From contig JBDRBB010000008.1 of assembly GCA_043823065.1 (NCBI GenBank), positions 192,001 to 256,000 of the forward strand: DNA of 64,000 nucleotides, read 5' to 3'. Shown one piece after another: positions 48,527-58,413 of the stretch. Position numbers and translations under genes: made by a program. Origin of the DNA: Pseudomonadota bacterium. Its GTDB lineage: Bacteria > UBA10199 > 2-02-FULL-44-16 > DYJF01. Position 1 is the stretch's first letter, and every line of letters starts with the position of its first letter. Below the pieces are notes generated by a model. It saw nothing but the letters and a program-made list of their open reading frames with translations, had not been told where the DNA came from and searched no databases.

Positions 48527-49402
48527 ATGAAAAATGTTGCGCTAGGTTTGATCTTAGCTACCAGGCCTTATCAATGGATCAAAAATCTATTTATTTTCCT
48601 GCCTTTGGTTTTCAGCAAACAGCTTTTTGTGCCTCAAGCTGTAATTGGTACATCAGCCATGTTTATTCTTTTTTGTTTGGCTGCCAGCGCTGTATATCTA
48701 ATAAATGATATTGCTGATTTAGAAGATGATCAGGTTCATGAAATAAAAAAACATAGGCCATTGGCTGCTGGCCGCATTAGCAAAAGACAGACTGTTGTGC
48801 TTGCCTTAATTCTTTTGGGCATAGCATTGTTTTTTTCTTTTATGCTTGAACTTGAGACAGGCTTAATTATTTTAAGCTATTTAATTCTTAATCTGTTATA
48901 TTCAAAGTATCTAAAACATATTGTTATAATAGATGTTTTTTGTGTGGGTGCTTTTTATTATTTAAGAATTCTAGCTGGATCAGTTACTTCTGGTATTGCT
49001 CTTTCCGAATGGATTATATTTTGTACGGTTTTACTAGCTTTGTTTCTAGCCTTTAATAAACGCCGTTATGATCTAAAATATGCCAAAGTTCTGAAAGGAC
49101 GTATATATCGCAAATATACGCCATACTTTATCGACCATATGGTTTCCATTATTTCTGCTTCTGTGGCCCTAACCTATGCCTTATATGTAATGGATCCAAA
49201 GGTGGTTATAAAATTTGGTACACACCATTTATTTTATACCATCCCTTTTGTTTATTATGGATTATTTAGATATATCTATTTAGTTGAACAAAAAGGGCAA
49301 GGCGGTGATCCAACGCTCATCTTACTTAAAGATCGCAAATTGCAGCTCAATCTATTGTTATGGACCTTAGCCTGTATAGGCATTATTTATTTTAAAATAT
49401 AA
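48527..49402 (+). CDS. UbiA-family polyprenyl-phosphate phosphoribosyltransferase
   Basis: RP.QW.KN, Y.IND..D...D..H..K..RPLAAG, YS..LKH...ID, KRR.DL and G.DP motifs. Confidence 0.88.
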   Translation: MKNVALGLILATRPYQWIKNLFIFLPLVFSKQLFVPQAVIGTSAMFILFCLAASAVYLINDIADLEDDQVHEIKKHRPLAAGRISKRQTVVLALILLGIALFFSFMLELETGLIILSYLILNLLYSKYLKHIVIIDVFCVGAFYYLRILAGSVTSGIALSEWIIFCTVLLALFLAFNKRRYDLKYAKVLKGRIYRKYTPYFIDHMVSIISASVALTYALYVMDPKVVIKFGTHHLFYTIPFVYYGLFRYIYLVEQKGQGGDPTLILLKDRKLQLNLLLWTLACIGIIYFKI

Positions 49403-51054
49403 TGCAGATATTTCTACGCCAAATTCAGGATAATCTGATATTAGTATTATGCTTCCTCTTGGGAGCAGTACTTTTATTTGCTAATTTGGGTGATTTGCCA
49501 TTTTGGTGTGATGAGGCAATGACCGCCAATGTGGCTCGCAATATCTCTCAAAGTATAGTGCCACGAGGTTGGGATGGAGTTAATATCTTTGTGCCCAGAG
49601 AGGTGGTAGATAATAATTTTTTAGTTACTTTACTTCCTTGGCTACAAGATTACCTGGTTTTTATTTCATTTAAACTGTTTGGAGAGAGTAATTTCACTGC
49701 TCGCTTGCCCTTTGCTTTGTTTGGATTGCTGTCTATTCCTCTGCTTTACAAGTTTGCAAAATGGTTTGTGGGAAAAGATGTGGCTAATCTAGCAACTATT
49801 ATATTTATCTTTTCAGTTACTTTTTTGGTTTATAGCAGAAATTGCAGATACTATTCATTGACTCTATTTTTTGGCCTTTTGCTTGTTTATGCTTATTTCC
49901 GCCTTGATCATTTCAAGAGCTGGTATAATTTTTGGTTTATTGTAGCGGGTATTTTGCTCTTTCATAGCAGTTATTTAGTATTTGCCGCATTATATATTAC
50001 TATTCTATTTTTTTTTCTTATCTGGGAAAGAGATAAAACTAAATTAAAGACCCTGTTTGTTTCTTCTTGGATCATTGGTGCATTTACCCTGCCTTGGTTC
50101 TTTTTAACTGACCGCGTGGTGCTTAAAGAATTTTTTGAAGATAGGTTTTTGCTTAATACTGGATATTTACTTATAAAAAATATTAAGGCTTTTATAGGTT
50201 ATGGCTTTTTCAGTTTAGTTTTAGTGGGCGTTTTTATTATTTTTCTAGCTTTGCCTCAAAATAAAGAAATTTGGCAGAAATATAAGCGAGCGTTTTTATT
50301 AATCAGCACAGTAATTATAACTTATATTTTAGTTAGTTGTTTTTTGCAAAGTTATGATTATCAAAAGTTTCCCAATCGTCTGCCATATATCAGAATAAGC
50401 TTAATCTTATTGCCGTGTTTTGCCATTTGGAATGCCATTGGGTTTAGGGCTATCGCAAATTACTCAAAACTAATGAGCTATCTGTTGCTTACTCTTTTTT
50501 TGTTAACCAATGTTTTTTCTTGGCCTTTTCCGGTTAAAACACAGGGCGTGCCCCTAAAAATTCCAATAGCCAGAAGTTTTTTATATGAATATGCCAAGCA
50601 AATTTTTGATCCCCCTCAAGATCAAGCTATTATAGAAGTTGCAAATCATCTTCAAAATAATGCCAAACAGGGCGATGTTATATTTGCTGATCAATGCTGG
50701 TCATATCAATTAGTATGGTATTTTAATCAAAAATATAAATTTTGTTGCCAGCAAGATTTTGCAGATCCAGATAACAAGGATTTTATGAAATTGCCTGATT
50801 ATCTTGATTCTACTTTTGATCAACCAAAATGGATTGTTGTTTGCCCATTTACCTTTAAGGCCAGTGCCAGGCAGCACGTGCAGAATGCTTTTGATAATAT
50901 TAACATGAAAAATTATGAGCTGGTAGGGGATATAAGCAAACGCGATTTTTTTCTAAGACCAAATTTTGAATCTTTTTTTATGGTTGGATTTGATGATCTA
51001 GATCTTGCAGAATCAGAAAAAACATACATCTTTAAACAGAAAGAAAACTTATAA
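49402..51054 (+). CDS. GT-C fold (ArnT/PMT-like) membrane glycosyltransferase
   Basis: WCDEAMTANVARNI, WDG.N, ARLPFA and R.CRYY motifs; KFCCQ shared with 25061. Confidence 0.72.
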   Translation: MQIFLRQIQDNLILVLCFLLGAVLLFANLGDLPFWCDEAMTANVARNISQSIVPRGWDGVNIFVPREVVDNNFLVTLLPWLQDYLVFISFKLFGESNFTARLPFALFGLLSIPLLYKFAKWFVGKDVANLATIIFIFSVTFLVYSRNCRYYSLTLFFGLLLVYAYFRLDHFKSWYNFWFIVAGILLFHSSYLVFAALYITILFFFLIWERDKTKLKTLFVSSWIIGAFTLPWFFLTDRVVLKEFFEDRFLLNTGYLLIKNIKAFIGYGFFSLVLVGVFIIFLALPQNKEIWQKYKRAFLLISTVIITYILVSCFLQSYDYQKFPNRLPYIRISLILLPCFAIWNAIGFRAIANYSKLMSYLLLTLFLLTNVFSWPFPVKTQGVPLKIPIARSFLYEYAKQIFDPPQDQAIIEVANHLQNNAKQGDVIFADQCWSYQLVWYFNQKYKFCCQQDFADPDNKDFMKLPDYLDSTFDQPKWIVVCPFTFKASARQHVQNAFDNINMKNYELVGDISKRDFFLRPNFESFFMVGFDDLDLAESEKTYIFKQKENL

Positions 51055-52604
51055 TGTCCATTTTTAGGTCAATTGCAGTCAATTCAAATTTAATAGTGCA
51101 GATTATTGTTTGTCTGATTGCTGGTGTTTGGTCTGCTATCCTTATGGTTAAGACTTTTTTGCGCATTTCTTTCCCTTGGGATGTTTATATGTGGATTGAA
51201 AGCGTATTTATGACCAATATGTTAAAATTGTATTATGGTTTGCCGTTGTTTACAGCACCAGCAGATGCTAATTCATCAATTTACTCTCCAGGCTTAACCT
51301 ATTTATCATATTTTTTATTGAAGCCATTTGGATTGGAATTAAATATAGTTTATTGCAGAATAATTGTAGTTTTAATTGGTATTATAGCTGCAGTTTTTGC
51401 TGGTAGGATTATGCTTATATTAATAAGAATAATCAATAAAGACATCAATAAAGCTCTAATGTTTGCTATATGTTGTGGATTGTCATTCTTAGTTATTTTT
51501 CAAAATATAACAGCTGATGTTCCTCATCCAGATAATTTGCAGATAGCTCATTTTTTAGTAGTATTTTTGCTATCCTGGTTAGCATTGCAGCGCCAGAGCT
51601 TTAAGCTAGCTGTTTTTACCATGGTTGTTGCTGGAATTGGTTGCTTTACTAAGCAGACTGAAACTATAGTTTTTTTAGGTCCCTTAGCTTTATTTGTAAT
51701 ATATAGAATTCAGAGTTGGCCTTATTTAATCTTATTGGCAACAATTGGCTTGTTAACAACAGCTATTTCTCTATTTATATTATGGTGGCCTGAGCATGCT
51801 TTTTTTTACACATACACTCTCCCAGCTAATAATGTTGTTGAATATGAAAGAATGTTAGATTTTGGCGGAATATATTTTTGGGGAACAGTGCCTTTACTTA
51901 CAATGCCAAGCTTGGCTTATTTGTGGAAGGCAGGTGGAAGTAAAAGAAGATTTCTAATGTGCTGGTTAATCCTGGGTATCTTTGTTGTGGTTCCCAATAT
52001 TCGCTCATTTCTTAAATTTTTTGCTCAGTGGAATAATTTAGTAATAGTAAAGTTATGGTTGTTATTGATTGCTTGGCCGTGTTTGTTAACCTTGCCAAAA
52101 ATATTAGCCCAATTTCAGTATCAGCAAGACCAAGCTTTAAAAAAAAGCAACTTTGCTTATCATCTGTTGGCCTTGTTTTTTATGTTAAGTGTTTTAATTC
52201 CACTTTATCCAAAGAAAATTGCTCCCTCTGCTAATTACAGAGAATATTGTCAACAAATACAAAATAGATTAAATAATGATATAGTGGAGAATTCTAATGT
52301 TTTACTTGATTATGGAGTGACTTATTTAATCAATGCTGGATATAAAGTGGTTCCTCTTGATAGGGGGGATGCTTATATAGAGTTATTCAATTCTGGAAAA
52401 GATGATCTAGTACAAATAGATTCTAGGATAGGAAATAAAAAATATGACAAGTTATATTTTACTACAGATAACTATCCGCTTAAATTTTTTGATTTAATGA
52501 AAGATAAATATCAGATTGTAGATGTGGTTAAGCCACCGCCTCTTTTTAATTTTTGGTCTGGCTACCAAATAAAACCCTCATGCGTTATTTTAGAAGCTAT
52601 ATAA
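51054..52604 (+). CDS. Polytopic membrane protein, GT-C-like paralog 1
   Basis: RISFPWD..W.E, ADANS..YSPGL, PHPDNL, TKQ and PLDR motifs. Confidence 0.6.
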   Translation: MSIFRSIAVNSNLIVQIIVCLIAGVWSAILMVKTFLRISFPWDVYMWIESVFMTNMLKLYYGLPLFTAPADANSSIYSPGLTYLSYFLLKPFGLELNIVYCRIIVVLIGIIAAVFAGRIMLILIRIINKDINKALMFAICCGLSFLVIFQNITADVPHPDNLQIAHFLVVFLLSWLALQRQSFKLAVFTMVVAGIGCFTKQTETIVFLGPLALFVIYRIQSWPYLILLATIGLLTTAISLFILWWPEHAFFYTYTLPANNVVEYERMLDFGGIYFWGTVPLLTMPSLAYLWKAGGSKRRFLMCWLILGIFVVVPNIRSFLKFFAQWNNLVIVKLWLLLIAWPCLLTLPKILAQFQYQQDQALKKSNFAYHLLALFFMLSVLIPLYPKKIAPSANYREYCQQIQNRLNNDIVENSNVLLDYGVTYLINAGYKVVPLDRGDAYIELFNSGKDDLVQIDSRIGNKKYDKLYFTTDNYPLKFFDLMKDKYQIVDVVKPPPLFNFWSGYQIKPSCVILEAI

Positions 52605-52615
52605 TTTAGAAATTT

Positions 52616-54127
52616 ATGAAAATTCGATCATTATTAGCAAGTTTCATTCTTATCCTGGTAATTATTCTAGTTGTTAAGACAGGAATAAGGATTAGTTTTC
52701 CCTGGGATTTGTTAGTTTGGACTGAGCATTGTTTTATGATGCATATGCTCAAAATATTTCATGGTTTGCCTGTTTTTACATCTGTTGCTGATGCCAATTC
52801 TCATGTTTACTCTCCAGGGTTGGAATATCTAACCTATTTTATCTTGCATCCACTTGGCCTAGAGTTGGATGTTAGGTTTTGCAGATTGGTCAATGTTTTT
52901 ATTGGTGTATTAGCGGCAGTATCTGCCACCTATGCGGCTTTCATATTTATTAAAGCTTATAAGATTAACTTTGATAAGATAATCGAATATTTTATTACCT
53001 TTGGATTAGCTTTGCTTCTAGTTTTTCATAACTACACTTCTGAGGTTCCTCATCCAGATAATTTACATATTTTGCATGCTATTTTAGTTTTTATATTGGT
53101 AGCTTTAGCAATTGGGCATAAAAAATATTATCTTGCTATATTCTCAGTTTGTTTGGCCGGAGTAGGTGTTTTAATCAAACAATCTAATGCTCCTATATTT
53201 TTAGCTCCGGTGCTAATATATCTTATTTTAGGATTATGGAATTGGTATAAAACTATCATCTTAGGTCTAATTTCATGTCTATTTTTTGGAATATCCTTGT
53301 TAACCGTTTGGTCATCTTATCCAGCATTTCAGTTTACTTTTCTTATTCCCAGAAACTACCCAACGCATTTCCCTCAATGGGCAGTCTGGCCTCCAGAACT
53401 GACCTTCTCGATTATTTTAGCTGTGATAACTATTTTTGTCTTAATTTATTTTTGGAAGAAAAAACCTGCAGCTCGCCAATATGTGCTTTCTTGGTTAATA
53501 ATAGGTATTCTTTCAATTTCATCTAATATCTATATTTTTGTTTACGTACTATATGGTTGGTGGAATGATTTAATTATTTTTAATATATGGTGTTGGATTA
53601 TTATTTGGCCTTTTTTGCTTAGTTTGCTTTATCAAAAAATATTTTCAGCTAAATATAGATGGGTCGGACATGCTTTATTCTTTCTAATTGTAGGGTATAT
53701 GCTATTTTCAATTTTCCCTAGGCGCTTTGTTCCCCAGGCTAGTCATTATAAGCATTCAAGTACGATTGAAAGCATGATAAAAAAGGACTTGGCTTTGGGT
53801 AAAAATATTAATCTTGATCTTGGTACTTCGGCGTTAATTAACGCTGACTTCCCTGGTGTGCCTCTTGATCGAAGTACAGCCAATTTTGAGATAGGTAAAG
53901 GTGGCTTTGGTGATTATTCAAGAACAAAGGAGAGGTTTACTTTAGGATTATATGACCGGATTTATGGTAAAAAAATTTTTTCCTATAAGGAAGATATAGT
54001 GAAAAGTGGTAAATATATAATTGTAGATACAATTATGGAAGCACCAGCTCCTGGTCTTCGTACAGGTTTTCATCCTGGGTTTATGGATAAAACTTTTGTT
54101 TATGAATATCAAAATAAAATCCAGTAA
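52616..54127 (+). CDS. Polytopic membrane protein, GT-C-like paralog 2
   Basis: Same RISFPWD, ADANS, PHPDNL, KQ and PLDR motifs. Confidence 0.6.
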   Translation: MKIRSLLASFILILVIILVVKTGIRISFPWDLLVWTEHCFMMHMLKIFHGLPVFTSVADANSHVYSPGLEYLTYFILHPLGLELDVRFCRLVNVFIGVLAAVSATYAAFIFIKAYKINFDKIIEYFITFGLALLLVFHNYTSEVPHPDNLHILHAILVFILVALAIGHKKYYLAIFSVCLAGVGVLIKQSNAPIFLAPVLIYLILGLWNWYKTIILGLISCLFFGISLLTVWSSYPAFQFTFLIPRNYPTHFPQWAVWPPELTFSIILAVITIFVLIYFWKKKPAARQYVLSWLIIGILSISSNIYIFVYVLYGWWNDLIIFNIWCWIIIWPFLLSLLYQKIFSAKYRWVGHALFFLIVGYMLFSIFPRRFVPQASHYKHSSTIESMIKKDLALGKNINLDLGTSALINADFPGVPLDRSTANFEIGKGGFGDYSRTKERFTLGLYDRIYGKKIFSYKEDIVKSGKYIIVDTIMEAPAPGLRTGFHPGFMDKTFVYEYQNKIQ

Positions 54128-54143
54128 ATGGAAAAATGTTATC

Positions 54144-54816
54144 ATGAGCTTTGCTCTAGTAATTTGTTCATTGCTAGTAGTGTTAGCTATTGGCGAAATT
54201 TGTTTGCGCATAATTGATTATAACCCATTAAAAGGTTGGCAGAGGTCTAGGAGGGGGGTAGTTGGAGCATCACCAGATAATAATCTTAAATATGAATTAA
54301 TTCCAGGTGCTAATATTTTTGCTCATGGCATCAACTATAAAATTAACGATCATGGTTATTGTGGTTAAATGGTCAGCTTAGGCAAGCTAGATGGTTATAG
54401 AATAATAGATCTTGGTGATTCAGTAACTTTTGGTTATATGCTTGATAACCAAGATACTTATTCATTCTTCTGAATTTGAGCAGATAAAGTGGTACAGCGA
54501 CTACAATCGTATAGGACGAATGCGCTATGTTTTTGAATATCTGGCAAATTTGGCAAAAACAAATAAGTTTAAGATTGTAGTGGCAATTTTTCCATATTTA
54601 GTTGGGAATGCAAACAATTATCTATTTGAAATTGCTCAAGAAATAGTAACAATGGAGGCAGAACGTGTTGGTTTTGATGTTATTGATCTTGTGGACGATT
54701 TCACTGAGGTTGGAATGACTAATTTGAGAATAACTAGAGATGATGTAACTCATCCAAATCATCTAGATAACAAGATAGTGGCTGAGGAAATAGCAAAATA
54801 TATCCAGAGTAAATAA
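54144..54816 (+). pseudogene. Degraded SGNH hydrolase-fold gene
   Basis: TM anchor, INDHGYCG, in-frame TAA at 54366-68, then RIIDLGDSVTFG, a frame change, and a C-terminal DDVTHPN; middle appears missing. Confidence 0.7.
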
Positions 54817-54830
54817 GTGATAATTATCTA

Positions 54831-56456
54831 TTACATATAGCCTAAGGCCTTGAGTTTCTCAATTTGTTCTTTGTCTATAGATTTAAGTTCTTTATGTGTG
54901 TCAGGTTTTGATTTGTCTTTTGGCTGTTCTTGCCTCTTTTCCCTTTCATTAATACTTGTTGTAGATTTCAATATATCTTTGCCTTGAAAATTATTAAAAG
55001 GCATTTTTATCTGAGCTACATGTAAAATCGTAGGTAGCGAATCTGATAACCAGCCAGCTGATGTATTTTGAGAGGGCTCGATATCTGCCCCCCACATGAT
55101 AAAAGGTACGCTAGTGGTCTCTTTCGTTATGATATGTCCATGTCCCACGTGCCCGTGTTCCCAAAATGCTTCTCCATGATCAGCGCTAATAATAATAATA
55201 GTGTTATTTAAAATGTTAAGTTCTTTAAGGCCTGCCAATAATTGTTTAATGCTCTCATCTACATATCTGATTTGACCATCATAAAGGGCAATTAGTTGTT
55301 CCTTAATGTTTGTTTCAGCTACTTTTTTAAGAGTCATGTCCTGCAGAGTATATAAATTTATTTTACCAGGTTCCAATATCTTAGGTATATTATCTGAGTA
55401 AAGATTGTTGAATTGATTTTTATGGTAGGGTAAGTGCGTGTCCATTAAATGGGCATAGGCAAAGAATTTAGCATTCTTGTGCTGGGCAATATCTTTAAGT
55501 AGTTTTTCAACTACTACATCAGCTCTAGCAAAAACCTCTTTTGAAGGTGGATCAAAATAAGTATATTCATCAAATCCTTGATCATAGTTAAAATCATCGT
55601 CAATAAAGTAATTTCCAGCATTAAAAAAATATGTGCGATATCCATTATCTTTAAATATTTCAGCCATAGTCATCATGGTATTGGGCATGATGGCAAAGCT
55701 TGTCATAATAGCGTATGGGTCACCATATAAAGAAGTAAAAATGCTAGCTATTGAGGGTTTTGTCCAAACAAAATCAGAATGTATGTTACGAAAGATTATA
55801 CCCTCTTTAGCTAACTTATCTATAGTTGGTGAGGTTTGGCGTTCATATCCATAGGCAGATAAATGATCTCGTCTTAAAGCATCACTGATTAAAAAAATTA
55901 CATTTGGTCCTGTCGGCGGGTTTAAATATTTATATAAAGAAATGCCAACATTGAATATTAATAAAGCGCCCAAGATAATAGGGCTTAGCCAACGCAGGCA
56001 ATGGATAGGCTTAAGTTTCATTAGTTTAGAGAACAAACCTTTTATAATAATAAGCCCCAAAACTATTAGGCTGGCTATCCAGGCAATATCAACTAATAAG
56101 ATATGTTGTCTAAGCTCTCCAGTAAGATAAACAGGGATTATCCATTTGCCTATAAGCAGTAAGCTAAGACAAACTATAAATGCTGCTAAAAATGTAAGAT
56201 GTTGATTGTTTTTAATCCAAAAAGACAAAAACCATTTACTAAAGATATAGACAAAACCTGCAAACAGAAAAACGGCATTTATAGTAAGTATCCAAGTATT
56301 AAGGTTTGTTTGAGCTGATAAAACTAATAGATAGTGTAACTTATAAAAAAAATAATTATGAGCTGTAATTTCTGCTATAGTAAATGTGATGCCTAAAATA
56401 AAACCTATAAAAGTTCCAAATAATATTAAATAAATAAATCGTTTCTTGTTAGACAT
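54831..56456 (-). CDS. Membrane-anchored sulfatase-fold enzyme, paralog of 12637
   Basis: GPNVIFLISDALRRDHL, WTKPS, HLMDTH, YDGQIR, ADHGE and IEKLKALGY motifs. Confidence 0.85.
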   Translation of the reverse strand: MSNKKRFIYLILFGTFIGFILGITFTIAEITAHNYFFYKLHYLLVLSAQTNLNTWILTINAVFLFAGFVYIFSKWFLSFWIKNNQHLTFLAAFIVCLSLLLIGKWIIPVYLTGELRQHILLVDIAWIASLIVLGLIIIKGLFSKLMKLKPIHCLRWLSPIILGALLIFNVGISLYKYLNPPTGPNVIFLISDALRRDHLSAYGYERQTSPTIDKLAKEGIIFRNIHSDFVWTKPSIASIFTSLYGDPYAIMTSFAIMPNTMMTMAEIFKDNGYRTYFFNAGNYFIDDDFNYDQGFDEYTYFDPPSKEVFARADVVVEKLLKDIAQHKNAKFFAYAHLMDTHLPYHKNQFNNLYSDNIPKILEPGKINLYTLQDMTLKKVAETNIKEQLIALYDGQIRYVDESIKQLLAGLKELNILNNTIIIISADHGEAFWEHGHVGHGHIITKETTSVPFIMWGADIEPSQNTSAGWLSDSLPTILHVAQIKMPFNNFQGKDILKSTTSINEREKRQEQPKDKSKPDTHKELKSIDKEQIEKLKALGYM

Positions 56457-56513
56457 ATTTTAATACTTTCGATATCTTAATATAGTATTTTTAATAATAA
56501 ATGTATAAAGTCA

Positions 56514-58409
56514 ATGAATAATACTTTAAATTTTCCCCAGAATAACGTGCAAACAGTGGTAGAGATAATAACGTTGCTACTTATCTTTATTATTATTGGT
56601 TTGATCATTGTGCCAGCTCACTGGACCTCAATCTGGATGGACTATGAATTTACAGGTTGGGTTGCTCCAATAAGCAATCGCCTAGCTTCAGGAGCTAAAC
56701 TTTATGCAGATGGTTTGCATATGCCTATGCCGCCTTTGCCTTATATTTTAGTTTATCTGTTATCGTGGGGAAGTGCTAACTGGATTCTTGAAAGTTTGTT
56801 GATGTATATATTTCAATGTCTAACTCTTTTGGTGCTTTATAGAGCTCTTTCTTTACTATTTAAGCAGCCAATTCCTTTTTTAGTAATATTTTCTGCTGTA
56901 CCTATATTTTTTATATTACCTAAAAGGATATTTTATGATGCTTTAGGTCAATTTTTAGTGGCTTGTATTATTTATGCAATGGCTTTTTTCCTCCATAAAC
57001 TAAAAAAAGGAATGGGTAATGGGCAAGCTGATAAAAAGTTGTTGTGGATTGTTTTGATGGGAGTTCTCACAAGTGCTCTGATTTTGACAAAGCAGTCAAC
57101 AGGCGTAGGAACGTTTGTTGGTTGTTTGCTTGCTTTTTTTCTTTTGCCTGTCTCTTTTTCGCTCAGAAATATAGTAAAGGTAAATATTGTTTATATCATT
57201 AGTTTTGTGGGTGGTTTTTTGTTGTTAATAGCTTTAATTTCTCCTTTGATCTCTGTTGAAAATATGATCCAAGATGTTTTCTTAACTGGTTCAGAACCTA
57301 AAGGGGGTAATTATCAGCTAATTTCAAATTTGATTTATTATATTGTTTCCACAGCACAATCACTTACTGCGCTTGTATTAGTGCCAGCTTTTTTTATGCT
57401 CTTAATGTTAATTAGAAATAAATGGCACGTGCTCAATGCTTTAAGGAGAATCAAAGATAGCTTTGATTACTTGGATTGGTCGATTAAAAGTTTATTAGCA
57501 GTGTTATTCTTTGTTTTTTCTGTTTTTTTTGTTTTATTAATTCAGGAAAGTCAAACAATATATATTGAAATATTCAATATCCGGTCAGATAGATTGAACT
57601 TACTTTTATGGATTGGATTAGCTTTATTGTACATATTAATAATATATCAAATTTTTGTGCATAAAGTTGAACATAAGATATCCTTATCTTTCATTGTTCC
57701 AATCGGGATTATTTCTGTTTTTGCTGCTTATTTTCACAATTTGTCAGTAGATTACTTGCGTATATTTTATGATAATAATCCTATAATAGTAATTTCGTTA
57801 TTTCTTATCTTTTATTTTGTTGGATCATGGCCGCTTAAGATATCTATCAAAATTGGGCAGCTAAGAATAGTACCATTTGTGTTAATTACACTTATTTCTT
57901 TGATTTGTTGGAGTGCGTTTGTGAATACTATTAATTTGGCTTTAGCATGTACTGAGACATGGCCAGATGTTAAGTATTTAGACGGAGCTAAAATGCGTCC
58001 TGCAGCTCAAGGAATGTATGAAGTTGTTAAAGTAGTTCGCGAGAACTCCACTAAAGATGACGAAGTTTTATTGTTACCTAATGATGTTCATGTAGAATCT
58101 TGGTTTGATAGAAAACGGCCGCAACTTACCAGTTCTATCGTTTTTACAGATCAGTACTGGGATAAATATGTTGATGAAGATTATTCCAGGATAAAAAGAA
58201 GTTTGCCTAAAATTATAATAATTGGCCCAAGATTTTCTTGGTCAATATTGTCAGATGCCTGGAGTAAGAGCAAGGGCGTTGATCGGTTAATAAAAAAAGT
58301 TCAAAATGAGCTTTTGCCAGAAGCTTATGAGTTACATGAAAGTCAGGTAATTTCCGTTCATGGTGAAATAGATTATATGGATGTGTATGTAAGAAAAGAT
58401 TCTGATTAA
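56514..58409 (+). CDS. Polytopic membrane protein, GT-C-like
   Basis: MDYE acidic motif after TM1, G..LY.D...P.PP and TKQS.G motifs; many TMs; C-terminal soluble domain. Confidence 0.55.
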   Translation: MNNTLNFPQNNVQTVVEIITLLLIFIIIGLIIVPAHWTSIWMDYEFTGWVAPISNRLASGAKLYADGLHMPMPPLPYILVYLLSWGSANWILESLLMYIFQCLTLLVLYRALSLLFKQPIPFLVIFSAVPIFFILPKRIFYDALGQFLVACIIYAMAFFLHKLKKGMGNGQADKKLLWIVLMGVLTSALILTKQSTGVGTFVGCLLAFFLLPVSFSLRNIVKVNIVYIISFVGGFLLLIALISPLISVENMIQDVFLTGSEPKGGNYQLISNLIYYIVSTAQSLTALVLVPAFFMLLMLIRNKWHVLNALRRIKDSFDYLDWSIKSLLAVLFFVFSVFFVLLIQESQTIYIEIFNIRSDRLNLLLWIGLALLYILIIYQIFVHKVEHKISLSFIVPIGIISVFAAYFHNLSVDYLRIFYDNNPIIVISLFLIFYFVGSWPLKISIKIGQLRIVPFVLITLISLICWSAFVNTINLALACTETWPDVKYLDGAKMRPAAQGMYEVVKVVRENSTKDDEVLLLPNDVHVESWFDRKRPQLTSSIVFTDQYWDKYVDEDYSRIKRSLPKIIIIGPRFSWSILSDAWSKSKGVDRLIKKVQNELLPEAYELHESQVISVHGEIDYMDVYVRKDSD

Positions 58410-58413
58410 TAAA

